A DNA stretch of 63,841 bases, counting the filler, from Dugesia japonica (lineage: Eukaryota), in NCBI GenBank assembly GCA_001938525.1. It is 6 parts of 6 records of this genome, joined end to end, with 100 filler letters (N's around TTAATTAATTAA, not from the genome) between each part and the next. Parts side by side here need not be neighbours in the genome. Positions count along the whole stretch, not along the records: positions 1 to 13,811 come from MQRL01634497.1; 5 more parts are not named here. One strand, 5' to 3'. The translations under genes were made by a program, and so were the position numbers. The notes beneath the pieces are model-generated. The model saw only the letters and a program-made list of their open reading frames with translations. It had not been told where the DNA came from and searched no databases. This document shows positions 1 to 11,789 of the stretch, in pieces. The first letter of the stretch is position 1. Each line of letters starts with the position of its first letter.

Positions 1-1187
1 TAGTGAACTGGGGGGACACTGAGGCGAAGCCGAAGGGTACCCCCTGGTCGCTAAAAAGTCTTTTTCCTATTACTCATAAAATATCAGTAAAATTTCCATT
101 TTCAAATTATTTGTCTAAATTCTTGACTAACAGCCTATTAGAATTTCACCTAGCAAATAATACACAATTCAAATTAGTAAATTTTATTAATGTAGTTTAA
201 TTTAATTTAAATGTCGGTATTAATACTTGTATAAGAATTTTCAATTTTTTAAGGTAGATCGAGTTTTTGATTTATAAAATTTTAATTAATAATAATTTCA
301 AATTTTTTAGATTTAATTTTAAAAAACTTAAATATATTAAATAAAGTTTAAAAGTAAAAAAATCAAATAGTGCTATTAGAGTGATGCAAAACTTGCGATC
401 CGCAACCAAAGTCCATGAGAAATTCAAAATACATTTTTTATAGTAATAAATGCTAGCTGCAAAATGATACTTTAACAGTGCTCTATTAAATTTCGAAGTT
501 ATATGTTAGGTAGTTGCATTAATTTTCGCTGTTATTTTTAATTAACTAACTTATTAAATATTTCATCAATAATTTAAATCAATCGGTAAGATTTTTTAAG
601 TATTTAAACTATTTTTAACCAAATTTTATTCGAACAAAAATATAATATAAATTTATTGTTTTTCTTGATTTTGATTTATTTTCTTGGATTTGATTTTCGC
701 TTTGAGGACAGACATAGTTAAATATTACAATATTTGTCAATCAATCTTTGATCTTTATTTTCCCAATTTTATTTCTTATGCTTAGAAGTTTCAATAACCT
801 GGGTTATACGATTTTCCAACAGAATTAATTTAATGTCCAATTTTCAGCGGTTGCCAAGAATCAGCAATTATATTTTTTAAAATTTCTGCATCGATAATTT
901 AATCTTTATTCATATTTTATAATTACAATTATTGTGAGAATAATTGTTGGACTTAACCATTGATCGGATTTGANNNNNNNNNNNNNNNNNNNNNNNNNNN
1001 NNNNNNNNNNNNNNNNNNNNNNNTTTATTTGTAAAACAAGTTCAAATAAATTTTGTTTTGTTTTGATCGAAGCCTTATCTTATTTTAATGAAATCTTTAT
1101 TCATATTATCTAAATATTTTTATTATTATTACTATAGAAATACGTGTGTGTATGTATTTATACACACGCACACACACATATATATGA

Positions 1188-1825
1188 TTACAACATATGA
1201 TTAAAACAAAGTTCTCTGAAATTTTTATCATTATTCTGATTACTTCTTGCTTTAATGAAATTGAGGTCTTCTTGAGTTGAATTCTCTTCTTCATGGTTTT
1301 TTATATTAGAGTTGAGAGAATGGGACTCTATTTCAAAGTGACAGTCGGCTAGCTTGGCTAACTGATCCAGAGTTTTAGTTTGGTATTGCACCAAATGATG
1401 TCGAATATTGATTGACACTGACTGCATAAATCTGTACATGAGAAGGTTTGAAGTTTCTGGATTTTCACCAGGCTGCATAATTTTGAAGCATTGTGTAAGC
1501 TCCAATAAAGTTTGAGATTGGGCCCTTAAATAATTCCATTTATGAATTCGTAAGTTGATCGATTGCCTGAGTAATTGACATTGACGTTTTCGCTAATATG
1601 GCTTGCTTTAGATTTTTATATGGATCATTGGAATGTGGATTCAAATCACAGGACTCCAAAATATCTGGAGGCAAACTGGTGAGAAATGAAAATCCTTTGT
1701 TTTGGAATTGCAAATGTTGGAAAGTTCGAATGCCGCATCTACTTGTGTGAACTAATTGATAGGATTCGGGAAATAATTTGGTATTTTCATCTGAACGTGA
1801 TTTTCTTCTTTTCTTCTGACACCAT
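1188..1825 (-). pseudogene. Ty3/gypsy-type gag remnant
   Basis: Frameshifted minus-strand translation reads KIPNYFPNPIN*FTQVDAAF...SLPPDI...DPYKNLKQAIL...LDQLAKLAD...LCFNH, a motif series typical of gypsy Gag. It ends in a (TG/TA)n tract. Confidence 0.75.
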
Positions 1826-2324
1826 TGTAGTCAAATATCGAATGACATAATTTGAATGTGAGGAATCCAAGCCATTTGAAAAGTATGTATTTCAATAAAA
1901 TGAATGATATGAACAAAATTAATTAAATATTTAATATATTTGATTAATTATTTTCTGATTAAAAATTATCAGACATGTGATTTTGGATGATGTGTGTTGC
2001 TCATGTGTTGCATCTATGTTGCATCCATCTTGCAATATTAATATTGTTTTGTATATTTTAATGGTTTGTGTAGTTTATAAAATTCACAGGCTCGTGATTT
2101 TGTGTGAATATGTGTTACAGCTGTGTTGCATTTACGTTGCAACCATGTTATAATTATATTTTTTTATTACTCATAAAATTTCTTTCTATTAAAAAATTAA
2201 TTAAAATTAATAAAAATTATTTAAATAAAATAAAAATGAAGCATTTATCCAAACAAAATTTATTTTCATAACAAATACAACCTAAATTTTTGAAGTCATC
2301 CGATATTTTTAGTATATTTTCTTT

Positions 2325-2764
2325 CAAGATATCGTATGGAACTCTGTTTTTGTTGAATTAGAAATCGAATTAAAGTTCCGAAATAAAATCTTCCATTATG
2401 AGATCAATGTTCTGGCTAAAACATAATCCTAATAATCTTTAGAACTCATATCTTTGGTTTCTTCTACAAAATATGGAAATTTTTCATTGACTACCTGTCT
2501 TGCTGATTCTAAAATAAAAGATTAAATAAAGATGCATTAAATAAATTCCTTACGTTTACAGTTATCTATAACTTCTTCATTAAACTCTTGTTCACTATAT
2601 TCATTTAGTTTCTGATTATCTTCAAATGGTTTCTGATTATCTTCATTTGGTTCTTGTTGATCACAATCGTAAGTCACTTCCATCTTTTGATTATCTAGTA
2701 TTTGTTGTTTATTAATTGTATTTTCTTCTTCTATTATTGCTTCAAGTATTTTTTCTTTATCCAT
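2325..2764 (-). pseudogene. Acidic Polinton-associated ORF with a probable 45-nt intron (2509-2553)
   Basis: E/D/Q-rich ORF 2537-2764. Removing GTAAGG...TTTTAG removes the in-frame stop and continues QSARQVVNEKFPYFVEETKD. It lies divergent from the Polinton core genes. Confidence 0.45.
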
Positions 2765-2934
2765 GTCTTCAATTATGTTTGTATTATCTTGACTTCGAAA
2801 AATATTTTTCCTAAAAAAAGCAGTCTCAAAGTAATTTTGAAAGGTAGAGATTTTTAAAAAGTGAATTTATTTTGAAAAGCATGTTCTATTTATATAATTC
2901 AAGTATCCAATCATATCAATTAAAAAAATAATAA

Positions 2935-3100
2935 GCATATCCAAATAATAGACAATTTCTGATTGAATCATTTCAAGATGCAACAAAAAAACCACATGGA
3001 TATATATTTCTTGACTTCACTCAACAATGTCCAAATGACTATAGAGTGTGAACTAATATTTTTAATCCAAACGGTATAACATTGTATAAACAATATATGT
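2935..3100 (+). pseudogene. Polinton/Maverick packaging ATPase, C-terminal fragment
   Basis: AYPNNRQFLIESFQDATKKPHGYIFLDFTQQCPNDYRV*TNIF fits the DAT..P.GY..LD......D.R.RTNIF C-terminus of Polinton ATPases. Confidence 0.8.
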
Positions 3101-3122
3101 AATTTTATTAATATTATATAAA

Positions 3123-3801
3123 ATGGCAAAATTTAAGAAAATAGTAGTTGATTCAGTTAGTGATGGTGATTTTAAACAACGAAGAAAAACCTGCTGTTAA
3201 GAAAAAGATAAAAGTTCGTATACAAAAATACAAAAAGTAAAAATTAAAGTACCTTATACAAGGGTAAATTATCATAATTTTCAATTTAAAGATGATATAT
3301 ACATATCCAAATTAGTACAATTAAATAAATCTTTGTCAAAAATTATTCTAAAATAATTTAAAAAATGTCTTATAAATGCAGATAAAAATTTTGAATTCGA
3401 GTTACAAGATGATGTAAAAGAAGTTTCATTTGATTATGTCTCGACAAGAACATTATGATTAGACAAACAACAATATTCTCCTACAGATATGAAAGGAAGT
3501 GAGTTCAAAGCTATTACTAAGTCGAAAATAATGAAGTTACATCAGCAAATGTTCATCTATAGTAGCCTTGTTGATCCTATAATTGTAGGTGATAGTAGTG
3601 TACCTTTGTTGAAATCAATATGAATAGAAAAGTATGAAATTGACAAAATAGTACAAACAATAATGGATAATCCAATGTATTTCCTATTACAACATCATGT
3701 ATAAACAATATAGGAATTAATATACGCGATGATAACGAAAAATTAATCGAGTTTCCAAAACATTCAAAAACTCATTTAACTTTACATTTTAGAAAACTTA
3801 G
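3123..3801 (+). pseudogene. Polinton minor capsid protein (PX/penton-like)
   Basis: MFIYSSLVDPIIVGDSSVPLLKSI...NPMYFPI...INNIGINIRDDNEKLIEF...LTLHFRK is the characteristic PX C-terminal pattern. Stops and frameshifts are present. Confidence 0.8.
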
Positions 3802-3844
3802 TAATAAATCCTGATATCTATTTCGATGTAAAGTTTTAGTCACG

Positions 3845-4227
3845 TAGGTGAAGAATTACCTTACTTTCTTTAAAACAGTATGAATCTGGTTGGTTGCAAA
3901 CAATTGGTAGATTTGCTTTGCCTATTCTTAAACGCATAAGTTAATTTGGTATGAAAACAGCTCAGGATGTACTAGAGAATAATGGAAAAATACTATCAAC
4001 ATTAAATTTCAATGCATTAGTTGAACTTGGTAATGTTATGCCATCATTACCTAGTGGCGTAACCAGTATAATCCCAAAAGTAGCAAACATATTACCGCAA
4101 AGTATAACAAATAAAATAACACACGAAATAACTAATATGCTATCAAATCAACCCAAAAGAATACCAATTCATGGGAAACGTCAAAAATCTCACTCATTGC
4201 GTATAAACAAACGGATGAGAGGACATG
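3845..4227 (+). pseudogene. Polinton PW-like (putative core) protein
   Basis: LPYFSLKQYESGWLQTIGRFALPILKRIS*FGMKTAQDVL, followed by a basic tail (KRQKSHSLRINKRMRG). It lies between the PX and PY genes. Confidence 0.6.
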
Positions 4228-4277
4228 NNNNNNNNNNNNNNNNNNNNNNNNNNNNNNNNNNNNNNNNNNNNNNNNNN

Positions 4278-5616
4278 ATCGACCATCTCTACAAGTTGTA
4301 ATTGAAAGTGATAGTTTTGATGATGTCTTTCCTATGAATTAAATTTCTGAATCCCAAAGTAACGTAGAGTTTTTATAAATGGATTTAAAACCGAATATTT
4401 GGATTTGAATGATACTTTATTGTATTTTAAAGTGAATGTGGTTGATAAGACAGGTAAAAATATGGCTGACAGTCATGATGCGGTTCCTAGTGACTATATG
4501 TTGCATACACTTTTTAAGGATGTTATTCTTTCTTTTAATAATTTCAAAATTAAATGTTGAAATGGATCTTTTCTTCACAAAGCATTAATTAAAACTATAG
4601 TAAATTATAATGGGGATAATAAAAATATCTGTCTTGCAACATTGGGGTTGGATCAGAAGCAGTTAGAAGAAAATCAATTAAAACATCAAACAAATTGTCT
4701 CTATATGATTCATTGTAATTTGATTTCATGAATCAACCGAAATACCATATTCCGTGTATTAATGTTCATATTCGATTGAAACAATCATCTTCTACTATTT
4801 CTTTGGAATCTGCAGGTAATGAACCAATTACATTTCAAAGTGGAGAACAATATAATTGTAATGATAAAAGCTCGAGTTAAACATTTCAAAATTTAGATGC
4901 AGTTTCTGTTTCCTTGACAAAGAAAACTGTTTACCGAGAAATATATACTCAAGATTTTGCAACATATATGCAATCTATAGTAAGAAATATAGAATATTTA
5001 GATAAGAATCTGAATTGTGGAATAACACTGTTAGTTTTATTTGTTTTTTTCATTTCAATCAACTAAAATAAGACTTTTAATTCAATACTTTATTTCAATT
5101 ACNNNNNNNNNNNNNNNNNNNNNNNNNNNNNNNNNNNNNNNNNNNNNNNNNNNNNNNNNNNNNNNNNNNNNNNNNNNNNNNNNNNNNNNNNNNNNNNNNN
5201 NNNNNNNNNNNNNNNNNNNNNNNNNNNNNNNNNNNNNNNNNNNNNNNNNNNNNNNNNNNNNNNNNNNNNNNNNNNNNNNNNNNNNNNNNNNNNNNNNNNN
5301 NNNNNNNNNTAATTATTAAAATTTTTTACTAACTATTTACATTAAAAAATTTAAACTAATAACATTGCATTAAATTTTAAAAAATTTGCAAATTTTTAAA
5401 ATTACCAAACAAACGCTTCGAGATTTTAAGGACAAATATCCTTTCTTTATATTTTTTCTTGCTCCACATTTTGATAAAAATCAGAGTCAATCACCTCAAC
5501 AAGGAAATCTGAGATTGAATATCAAGCTTGCCAAAGCTTTAACACAATCTGTATATGTTATAATGTTTGAAGTATTTAAAAATAAATTCAGATTAAAGAA
5601 AACGGAACAGTACTAG
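4278..5616 (+). pseudogene. Polinton major capsid protein (PY, double jelly-roll/hexon-like)
   Basis: IESDSFDDVFP...EYLDLNDTLLYFKVNV...LHTLFKDVILSFN...DFMNQPKYHIPCINVHIRL, and C-terminal GNLRLNIKLAKALTQSVYVIMFEVF. Internally deleted and spans an N gap. Confidence 0.8.
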
Positions 5617-5740
5617 TGTAAACAACATAATGTATAATCGATACATGTTATGAAGTAATAGTTATTATATTAATTATTTTTATTTTATTAGTTCTATTCA
5701 GATTGATCAAATCGCATCAAAGTGACTTGGATCAGCATCG

Positions 5741-5995
5741 TTAGATGTTTATGCGTTAGATAAACTTCCAAAATATATTCCAGTAAACTATGCCTTTATT
5801 TTCAATACTCATACATCAAATCTAGGTGGAGAACATTGGATAGTTGTTTACAACAAACCTGCTCAAATACTAGTATTCAATCCATTAGCATTTTATTATC
5901 CATCAATGTTGATATCGAAGTCAATAGTCTACAATAAAATCCGATATCAAGATCCATTTACAACTAAATGTGGTCAACACTGTTTATTATGGTAG
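5741..5995 (+). pseudogene. Polinton adenain-like (C5) cysteine protease
   Basis: VYALDKLP...FIFNTHTSNLGGEHWIVV...FNPLA...YQDPFTTKCGQHCL carries the catalytic His (GEHW) and Q...CG.HC motifs. Confidence 0.85.
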
Positions 5996-6133
5996 AAAAA
6001 ACAACATTGTACTTGACAATATTTATTTGTTTTTGTTGAAAAAAAATAAAATGTATCTAGTAAAATTATTATCATTTTTTTAAAATTATCATTTTATAAT
6101 ATTTAAATGCTAATTATTTCTTAAAAATGCAAA

Positions 6134-6325
6134 TTGTATAAAAAATATTGCGTAAACATGAGTCACAATAGTGATTGTCATAGTATCATGGAAGAATACT
6201 ATGGCCCATGGTTTTATGCGAAAAGGTATTTCGTATGTCTTAATTGTAAGATATTAGAATTCGGTGAATATCTAAATTTTTTTAAGATTTATATGCGTTC
6301 ACTAAAAATCAAAAACAACTATTAA
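6134..6325 (+). CDS. Small Cys-containing ORF within the Polinton module, unknown function
   Basis: ORF track entry (C...C...CLNC) located between the protease and the pPolB-like region. No family recognised. Confidence 0.25.
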   Translation: MYKKYCVNMSHNSDCHSIMEEYYGPWFYAKRYFVCLNCKILEFGEYLNFFKIYMRSLKIKNNY

Positions 6326-6379
6326 AATAGGTGACTCAAATAGGTATATAGATGTAGCAAATAAGAGAATTAAGTTAGA

Positions 6380-7118
6380 AGTTACAACTATTAAAAATGA
6401 ACCAGAAATTATAAATATTGAAGATCAACACTAAATTATTACCATCAAGGAGGAATTGGTAGAAGTTATTAAAATCGAGGATGATGAAGAAGCAATCAAA
6501 ATGAAACCACGAAAACCGGAAGAAAAATCTATCAACATAGTACCAGAAGGAGAAGCAATCAGTAATGAAAAAGATATAACATCAGAAGATTGGAATAATT
6601 TTGAAGTAATTGATGAATCAGACGAAGAAGACATCATAGTGCAAGAATTCATTGATGCAGAAGAAAGTATTTAAGTTGGTGGTGCATCAAATATAGGTGT
6701 TACAAACGATGATGTCGTTATAGAAAGGGATTTATATAGATGACACCAAATTATAAAAATCGACATATCAAATTGCAATACTAATCAAGTTATACTACCA
6801 GAAAATTTGATTATCCAACTGTTCAAAATAATAGAAGAGTTGAAAGAAGTAAAAATAAAATTTGGTCTCAACGTGAAAATCGTAAGGAATGAGGAGGTCA
6901 AAACTTGCCGAATATCAAATAGGGCTGTTCAACTAAGTGACAGTTTTTTTCGAAGAGGGTATTAATCAATTGAACAAAAATCTTTCCACAATGAGTGAGT
7001 TCCGTTCCAGCTGAATACTGAACAGGACTTTGGAAGTAAATTTCAAAATCACAAAGGCGGAAATTATAAGCAGACTGTCAGGACATAGTTATATAACGAC
7101 ACCAGCGAATTTGTTAAA
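6380..7118 (+). pseudogene. N-terminal region of a Polinton/adintovirus-type pPolB gene
   Basis: Acidic leader, then VKIKFGLNV...SEFRSS*IL...LSGHSYITTPANLL, resembling the GSGW...L.G.SYI.LP..L motif in the N-terminal part of these polymerases. Truncated by the non-LTR element. Confidence 0.6.
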
Positions 7119-7302
7119 GAAACCATCTTAAAAACCATAATGCGGTATTCCAAAGCTCTACTCCATCCAGAGTGCGAATTAGGAACTAGAACAAAGAAGA
7201 GTACTCCTGGGCTCAGCAAAAAATGGACACCACCTTCTAGAAATAGACTGCTCATCTAATACAGCAATTTGCAAATACTCAAAAAAGAATGGGAAAATGT
7301 CT

Positions 7303-7360
7303 AGTAGGGGGATAGAGGCGCACAATACCACCTTGTGTGCGAACCTCCCTCCTCCGATTA
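7303..7360 (+). repeat. Polinton-type terminus (AGTAGG...GCGCAC)
   Basis: agtagggggatagaggcgcac matches the terminus at 13231 at 17/21 positions. Confidence 0.5.
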
Positions 7361-7574
7361 GTAATTAAATTTGTGTGATTATGTGTAATTTGATAGTTAA
7401 ATCTATGATGTAATTACATCAGCGGAAATTTAATCCATCAATTAAATTTATTATGTATTTTTAATTGGTAATATGTTTTTAGGCTTTTTAGGCGGTAAAA
7501 CGTTTACTAATGATTTTAGTTGGCAAAACGTATGGGACTACATCCTGAGACCGTTACTCTTCTTAATGAGTTAT

Positions 7575-9592
7575 AGATAGATGTTTACTCTTCATACAAA
7601 TGTCTAGACATAACAACAAGCGATATCAAAATCATCAAAGGAGTCAAACAAAGAGGCCCTATGTCTTTGACGCCTTTTAGCCTGACTATTGATTTTATTA
7701 TTAGAGAAACCTCAATGGCATTTCCTCTAACTCTCAATGGTACAATGTTGCTATTTTAGCTTATGCAGATGATCTTGTACTTGTCTCCAACAATTACAAT
7801 CAGATGAATCATATGATAAACAAAATTATAAGCCTCACTGATATTAGCCATCTCAAGTTCAGACCAAGTAAATGTGGATTCTTCCAACTTAAAAAAAGCT
7901 CTAATGAAACTTGCAATATCAAAATTTACAATGAAGCAATTCCAAAAATTAATGAGGAAAACCTATGCAATTACTTGGAAGTACCATTTGGAGTAGCTAA
8001 GAAAAACAACCTTCAAGACATCATCAACAATACAAAAAAAACTTTAAAAAAAATCACAGAAAGCAATCTTCATCCATTACAAAAAATTCAAGCATACAAA
8101 ATGTTTATTCATTCAAGATTAATCTATGCTATGCGGTACAGAGACATTCTCTATATGACACTAAACAATCCTCATCACAAAGAAGTTGATGGCAGTACAG
8201 GCCAACCAGAATACGATCAAATTATCAAAAGATTAATTAAGAACATCATTCAAGCTTCAAATAGCAGTCACAATAATGCCTTCTCTACGTTCCATTTAAC
8301 CTCGGTGGATTAGGTTTACTGCCTTTAATCGATGAGTACTATATTCAAAGTATAGTAAATGCCTTCCGGATTCTCAATTATCGAAATAATTGTTTCAAAG
8401 GGTTTACAACAAGGGAACTTGAGAATACTGGGAAACACAGATTCAGAAACGATAGCACATGTTCGATTGAAAAAAGTCTATACTGGCTTAACAACACTAT
8501 TCTATCTCAAGATAAAGCGAATATTACTGCATCCTTGTGGACCAGAGTAAAGACGTCAATAAAAATACTGAAAGAAGATCAAAAACTAAAACTGCTCTTC
8601 TTTATTGAAGAAAATGAAATAACCCTGAAAATCACTAGACTGAATAATTACAATTACTCTTTCAATATACTGATCAATAACCGATCGAAGTCTAAGTTGT
8701 AGAATGTCCTTCATACTGAAATTGAAATGACAAATTTCAAAAATTGAAAAGCCTTTCCACACAAAGTTTTCTAGCAACCTGTCTAGCATCAGCAGACTAT
8801 GCTCAAAAATTTATGAAAAACATAAACCTTTCTGAAAGAAATTACCTCTTCATAGTCAGAGCAAGAAACAATCTTCTGAGAACTAACTACAATACATACA
8901 AACTGAAGAGCAACATGCCAATTCAATGCAGACAATGTAGTACTAAAGCTAAAATTTAAACACATATATCCATTCTACTGTAATCAATTTTTTTAATAAA
9001 AATTTCCAGTTTAATGAATTTTATTTTAAAAAATGTTCGACACTTATGAAATATAATATAAAAACCTAGTAAAATTATCATTTTATAATATTTAAATACT
9101 ACTATTACTTGTAATAATTAGCCATGATGAATCAAAAGTACAATAAACACAATCGTGTTATGGAAAAGATTACAGCTCAATTTAGAAAATGGAACTTTGA
9201 TGTAGAAATTGATTCATGTCCACAAGGTCTCGCAACGAAGCTTAGGTCTGATCTGATCATCAAAAGCCACAGGAATGCAAATATTCACATTCTTGACATC
9301 AAGGTTCCATATGATTCATTACAAGTTTAGAAGATAATAGGAAAAATATGAGAGCATCAGAGCCGAAATTAGCTCAAAGTTCCACAAAGAGGTTACACTT
9401 GATGCTATTGGCATTGGTACGTTAGACTCATAGGATTCCTTCAATCAAAAGAGTCTCAAACATATTGGTCTAACCTCAAATGAAATAAAGAAAATCTCGC
9501 AAATATCAATCGAAAGAGTAATCAAAGTGAGCCATCACATTTACTTAGATCATATGATCAATAAGGCTACATTTCCGTCAATTCAAAACTAA
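7575..9592 (+). mobile_element. Non-LTR retrotransposon, RLE-encoding R2 group (NeSL/R5/Utopia-like), decayed
   Basis: GVKQRGPMS, LAYADDLVL, FRPSKC, LHPLQKIQAYKMFIHSRL, YVPFNLGGLG, RARNNLL, CRQC, KHNRV, RSDLII...ILDIKVPYD: RT plus CCHC plus restriction-like endonuclease. Confidence 0.9.
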
Positions 9593-9819
9593 ACTCTGTT
9601 TATACTGAAAATGCCAAAAAGCTTAATCAAATTGAATTCATTCTGAATAAGTAAAATTAATAAATCAAAAATCTATGATCTCGGATTTATTCGAATCATT
9701 CAAAACTTATTTGGACTAGTCACCCACAAATTGAAATAAAACATCATAACCTAAAAATTAATTTTTTAAAGATAAAAAAAGATTGACGGAAAATAAAGAA
9801 GAAGAAAAGAAAAAATTTT

Positions 9820-10124
9820 TAAATTTGGCGCCAAGAAAATTTTGAATTTTCCACCAAAAAATTTACGCGAACACTAGAAACTCAGACGATTACTAATAAC
9901 TCACATGATAATAAGTAACTTACACGGTAACTAGTAACTTTTACGGTTGATATGAGCGCACTGGATCATTATGAGTTATCGAGATTTCCCCCCGCCAAAA
10001 TAACAGAGTTACTAATTTAAATCAAAAAATTCAAGATAACCAGTAACGAATAGTAACTCACTGTGTTTTGGCAAGGGGGGACTCTATGACTCATATTGAG
10101 CCAGTGCGCTCACATCTACCTACT
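9820..10124 (-). repeat. Polinton-type terminus ending CTACCTACT, with an internal ~180-bp inverted repeat
   Basis: The reverse complement begins agtaggtagatgtgagcgcactggctca (18/21 to 13231). 9945-10013 is an imperfect inverted copy of 10051-10120. TTGGCGCCAA occurs at 9825. Confidence 0.6.
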
Positions 10125-11789
10125 TATGACATTTATTGGATTAGTACAATTTTTCTTTAGTAATTTTAAATTAATTTGTTATTCATGAATGATTAAATTT
10201 GTTAAAAAGTAATATGCTGATCTGATAAATTAATTAATAAAATATTTTCAACAAAATTTCCATTAAAATTTATTAATCATAACAAATTTGCTACAAAAAT
10301 TATGCCTTCTTTTATCGTATTTTTGAAAAAGTATTCTTATAATATTTTAACTTTTTCAACCAATGTTAAATTAAAAATCATGATAATAAAGTAATTAAAA
10401 TTAAATTTAAAACAATTTCATTAAATTAATTTTAAAATTAAAATAAATATTAAAAATATTAAAAATAAAACCAAATAAACTTAAAGCTAATTATAAAATT
10501 TAAAACCCTTAAAAACATACTTTACCTGTTAATTTTTGAAATTCATTTTTAGACACTTGAATTTAATTCAGTAATTTTAATTTATAATCGATCTAGCTTT
10601 TATATTCAATAATAAAAGTGCAGTTTCGACACGTAAGTATGTAATTTTTCTCTATCTTCACAACATGTTCTTTTATTTTATTTTTTTATTGATTTAATTA
10701 ATTTGCGGCAAGATTATTTTTATTATTTACTTTTAATATAAATAAGACTGAATCACTTTGTGATTCAAACTTAAATTGTGTCTCAAACTCAAATTATCTC
10801 TCAGGCCACTTTAGATAAAATGCGAAAGTCAGCGGTCAACACCATTTCTGTAACTGACTGTAACACTTTTTGAATTTAGAACAATTATTGATCAATCCCA
10901 ATAAAATAAAATGAAATAATTTACATATAATATGTTAGATCATCAAAGTTTTAATAGTCAAAATGAGATAGGGATGTAATCATATAGTCATATCAAATAG
11001 TCAATTGATTTATTGAATCTGAGCTGATCTGGTTCTGGGAATATTACAGTCATTGATCTGAATCTGGAGAATCCAAGAATAATTGATACATGCGTATGTC
11101 TGCCTGTTGTATTTGTGCATGAAGGCATGTTTATATTTTAATTTTCGCGTTCTCCAACAACTAGTTAGTTTTTTACAATTCCAAAATTGATATGATCCAA
11201 TTGATTGTCTTTTAAAACTCTTGTAACTTTCATCCTTGTAAAGCTACCACCTTTTAACTAATATTTTCGATATTTATGTACTTTTTCTGATCATTAATTT
11301 TTTGTTCGCTATTTTTTCCGTGCTAAAAAGTCCTCTTTTCCTCCATATTTACTTTCTTAATGAATTTATATTTGTAGAATATTAAATCATTTAATTTTAA
11401 TGATTTTCTTCTCATAATAATAAATCATTTATTTTTTATTTTATTTTTTCTTAATTTATTAATTGGTTTAGTTCTTCTTTACATTTAAGCTAAAAATCGA
11501 TTTAATTTTAGCTTCCAAACTCCTGAATAATTTATTAAGTTTAATATTCAGCTTGTGAGGACATTTAATTAAAATTAAATGTTGCATAATTTAAATTTGA
11601 CTATGAGTTCAAATATTTTGTATGTTGTATAACAGGTCAATGTTTGTTTGCTGATTGAGGTATGTTGATTGTTCAAATGTTAATTACATAAATATTTATT
11701 CTTCCTTTTTAGATTGTCATTTAATAAATATTATAATAAAACAGACTTCTAACATAACGACAAGATATATGTTCAATTCGTTTGTTCCA

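Noticed and set aside
1-52. GC-rich hairpin-like sequence (ggggg...ggcgaagccg...ccccc) resembling a Helitron 3' end on the minus strand
   Set aside because: Cut by the window edge. The diagnostic CTAG/T junction cannot be seen.
7303-10124. Two Polinton-type termini facing each other as a composite element carrying the non-LTR retrotransposon
   Set aside because: Similarity stops after ~21 nt and the flanks (atgtct / tatgac) are not a TSD.
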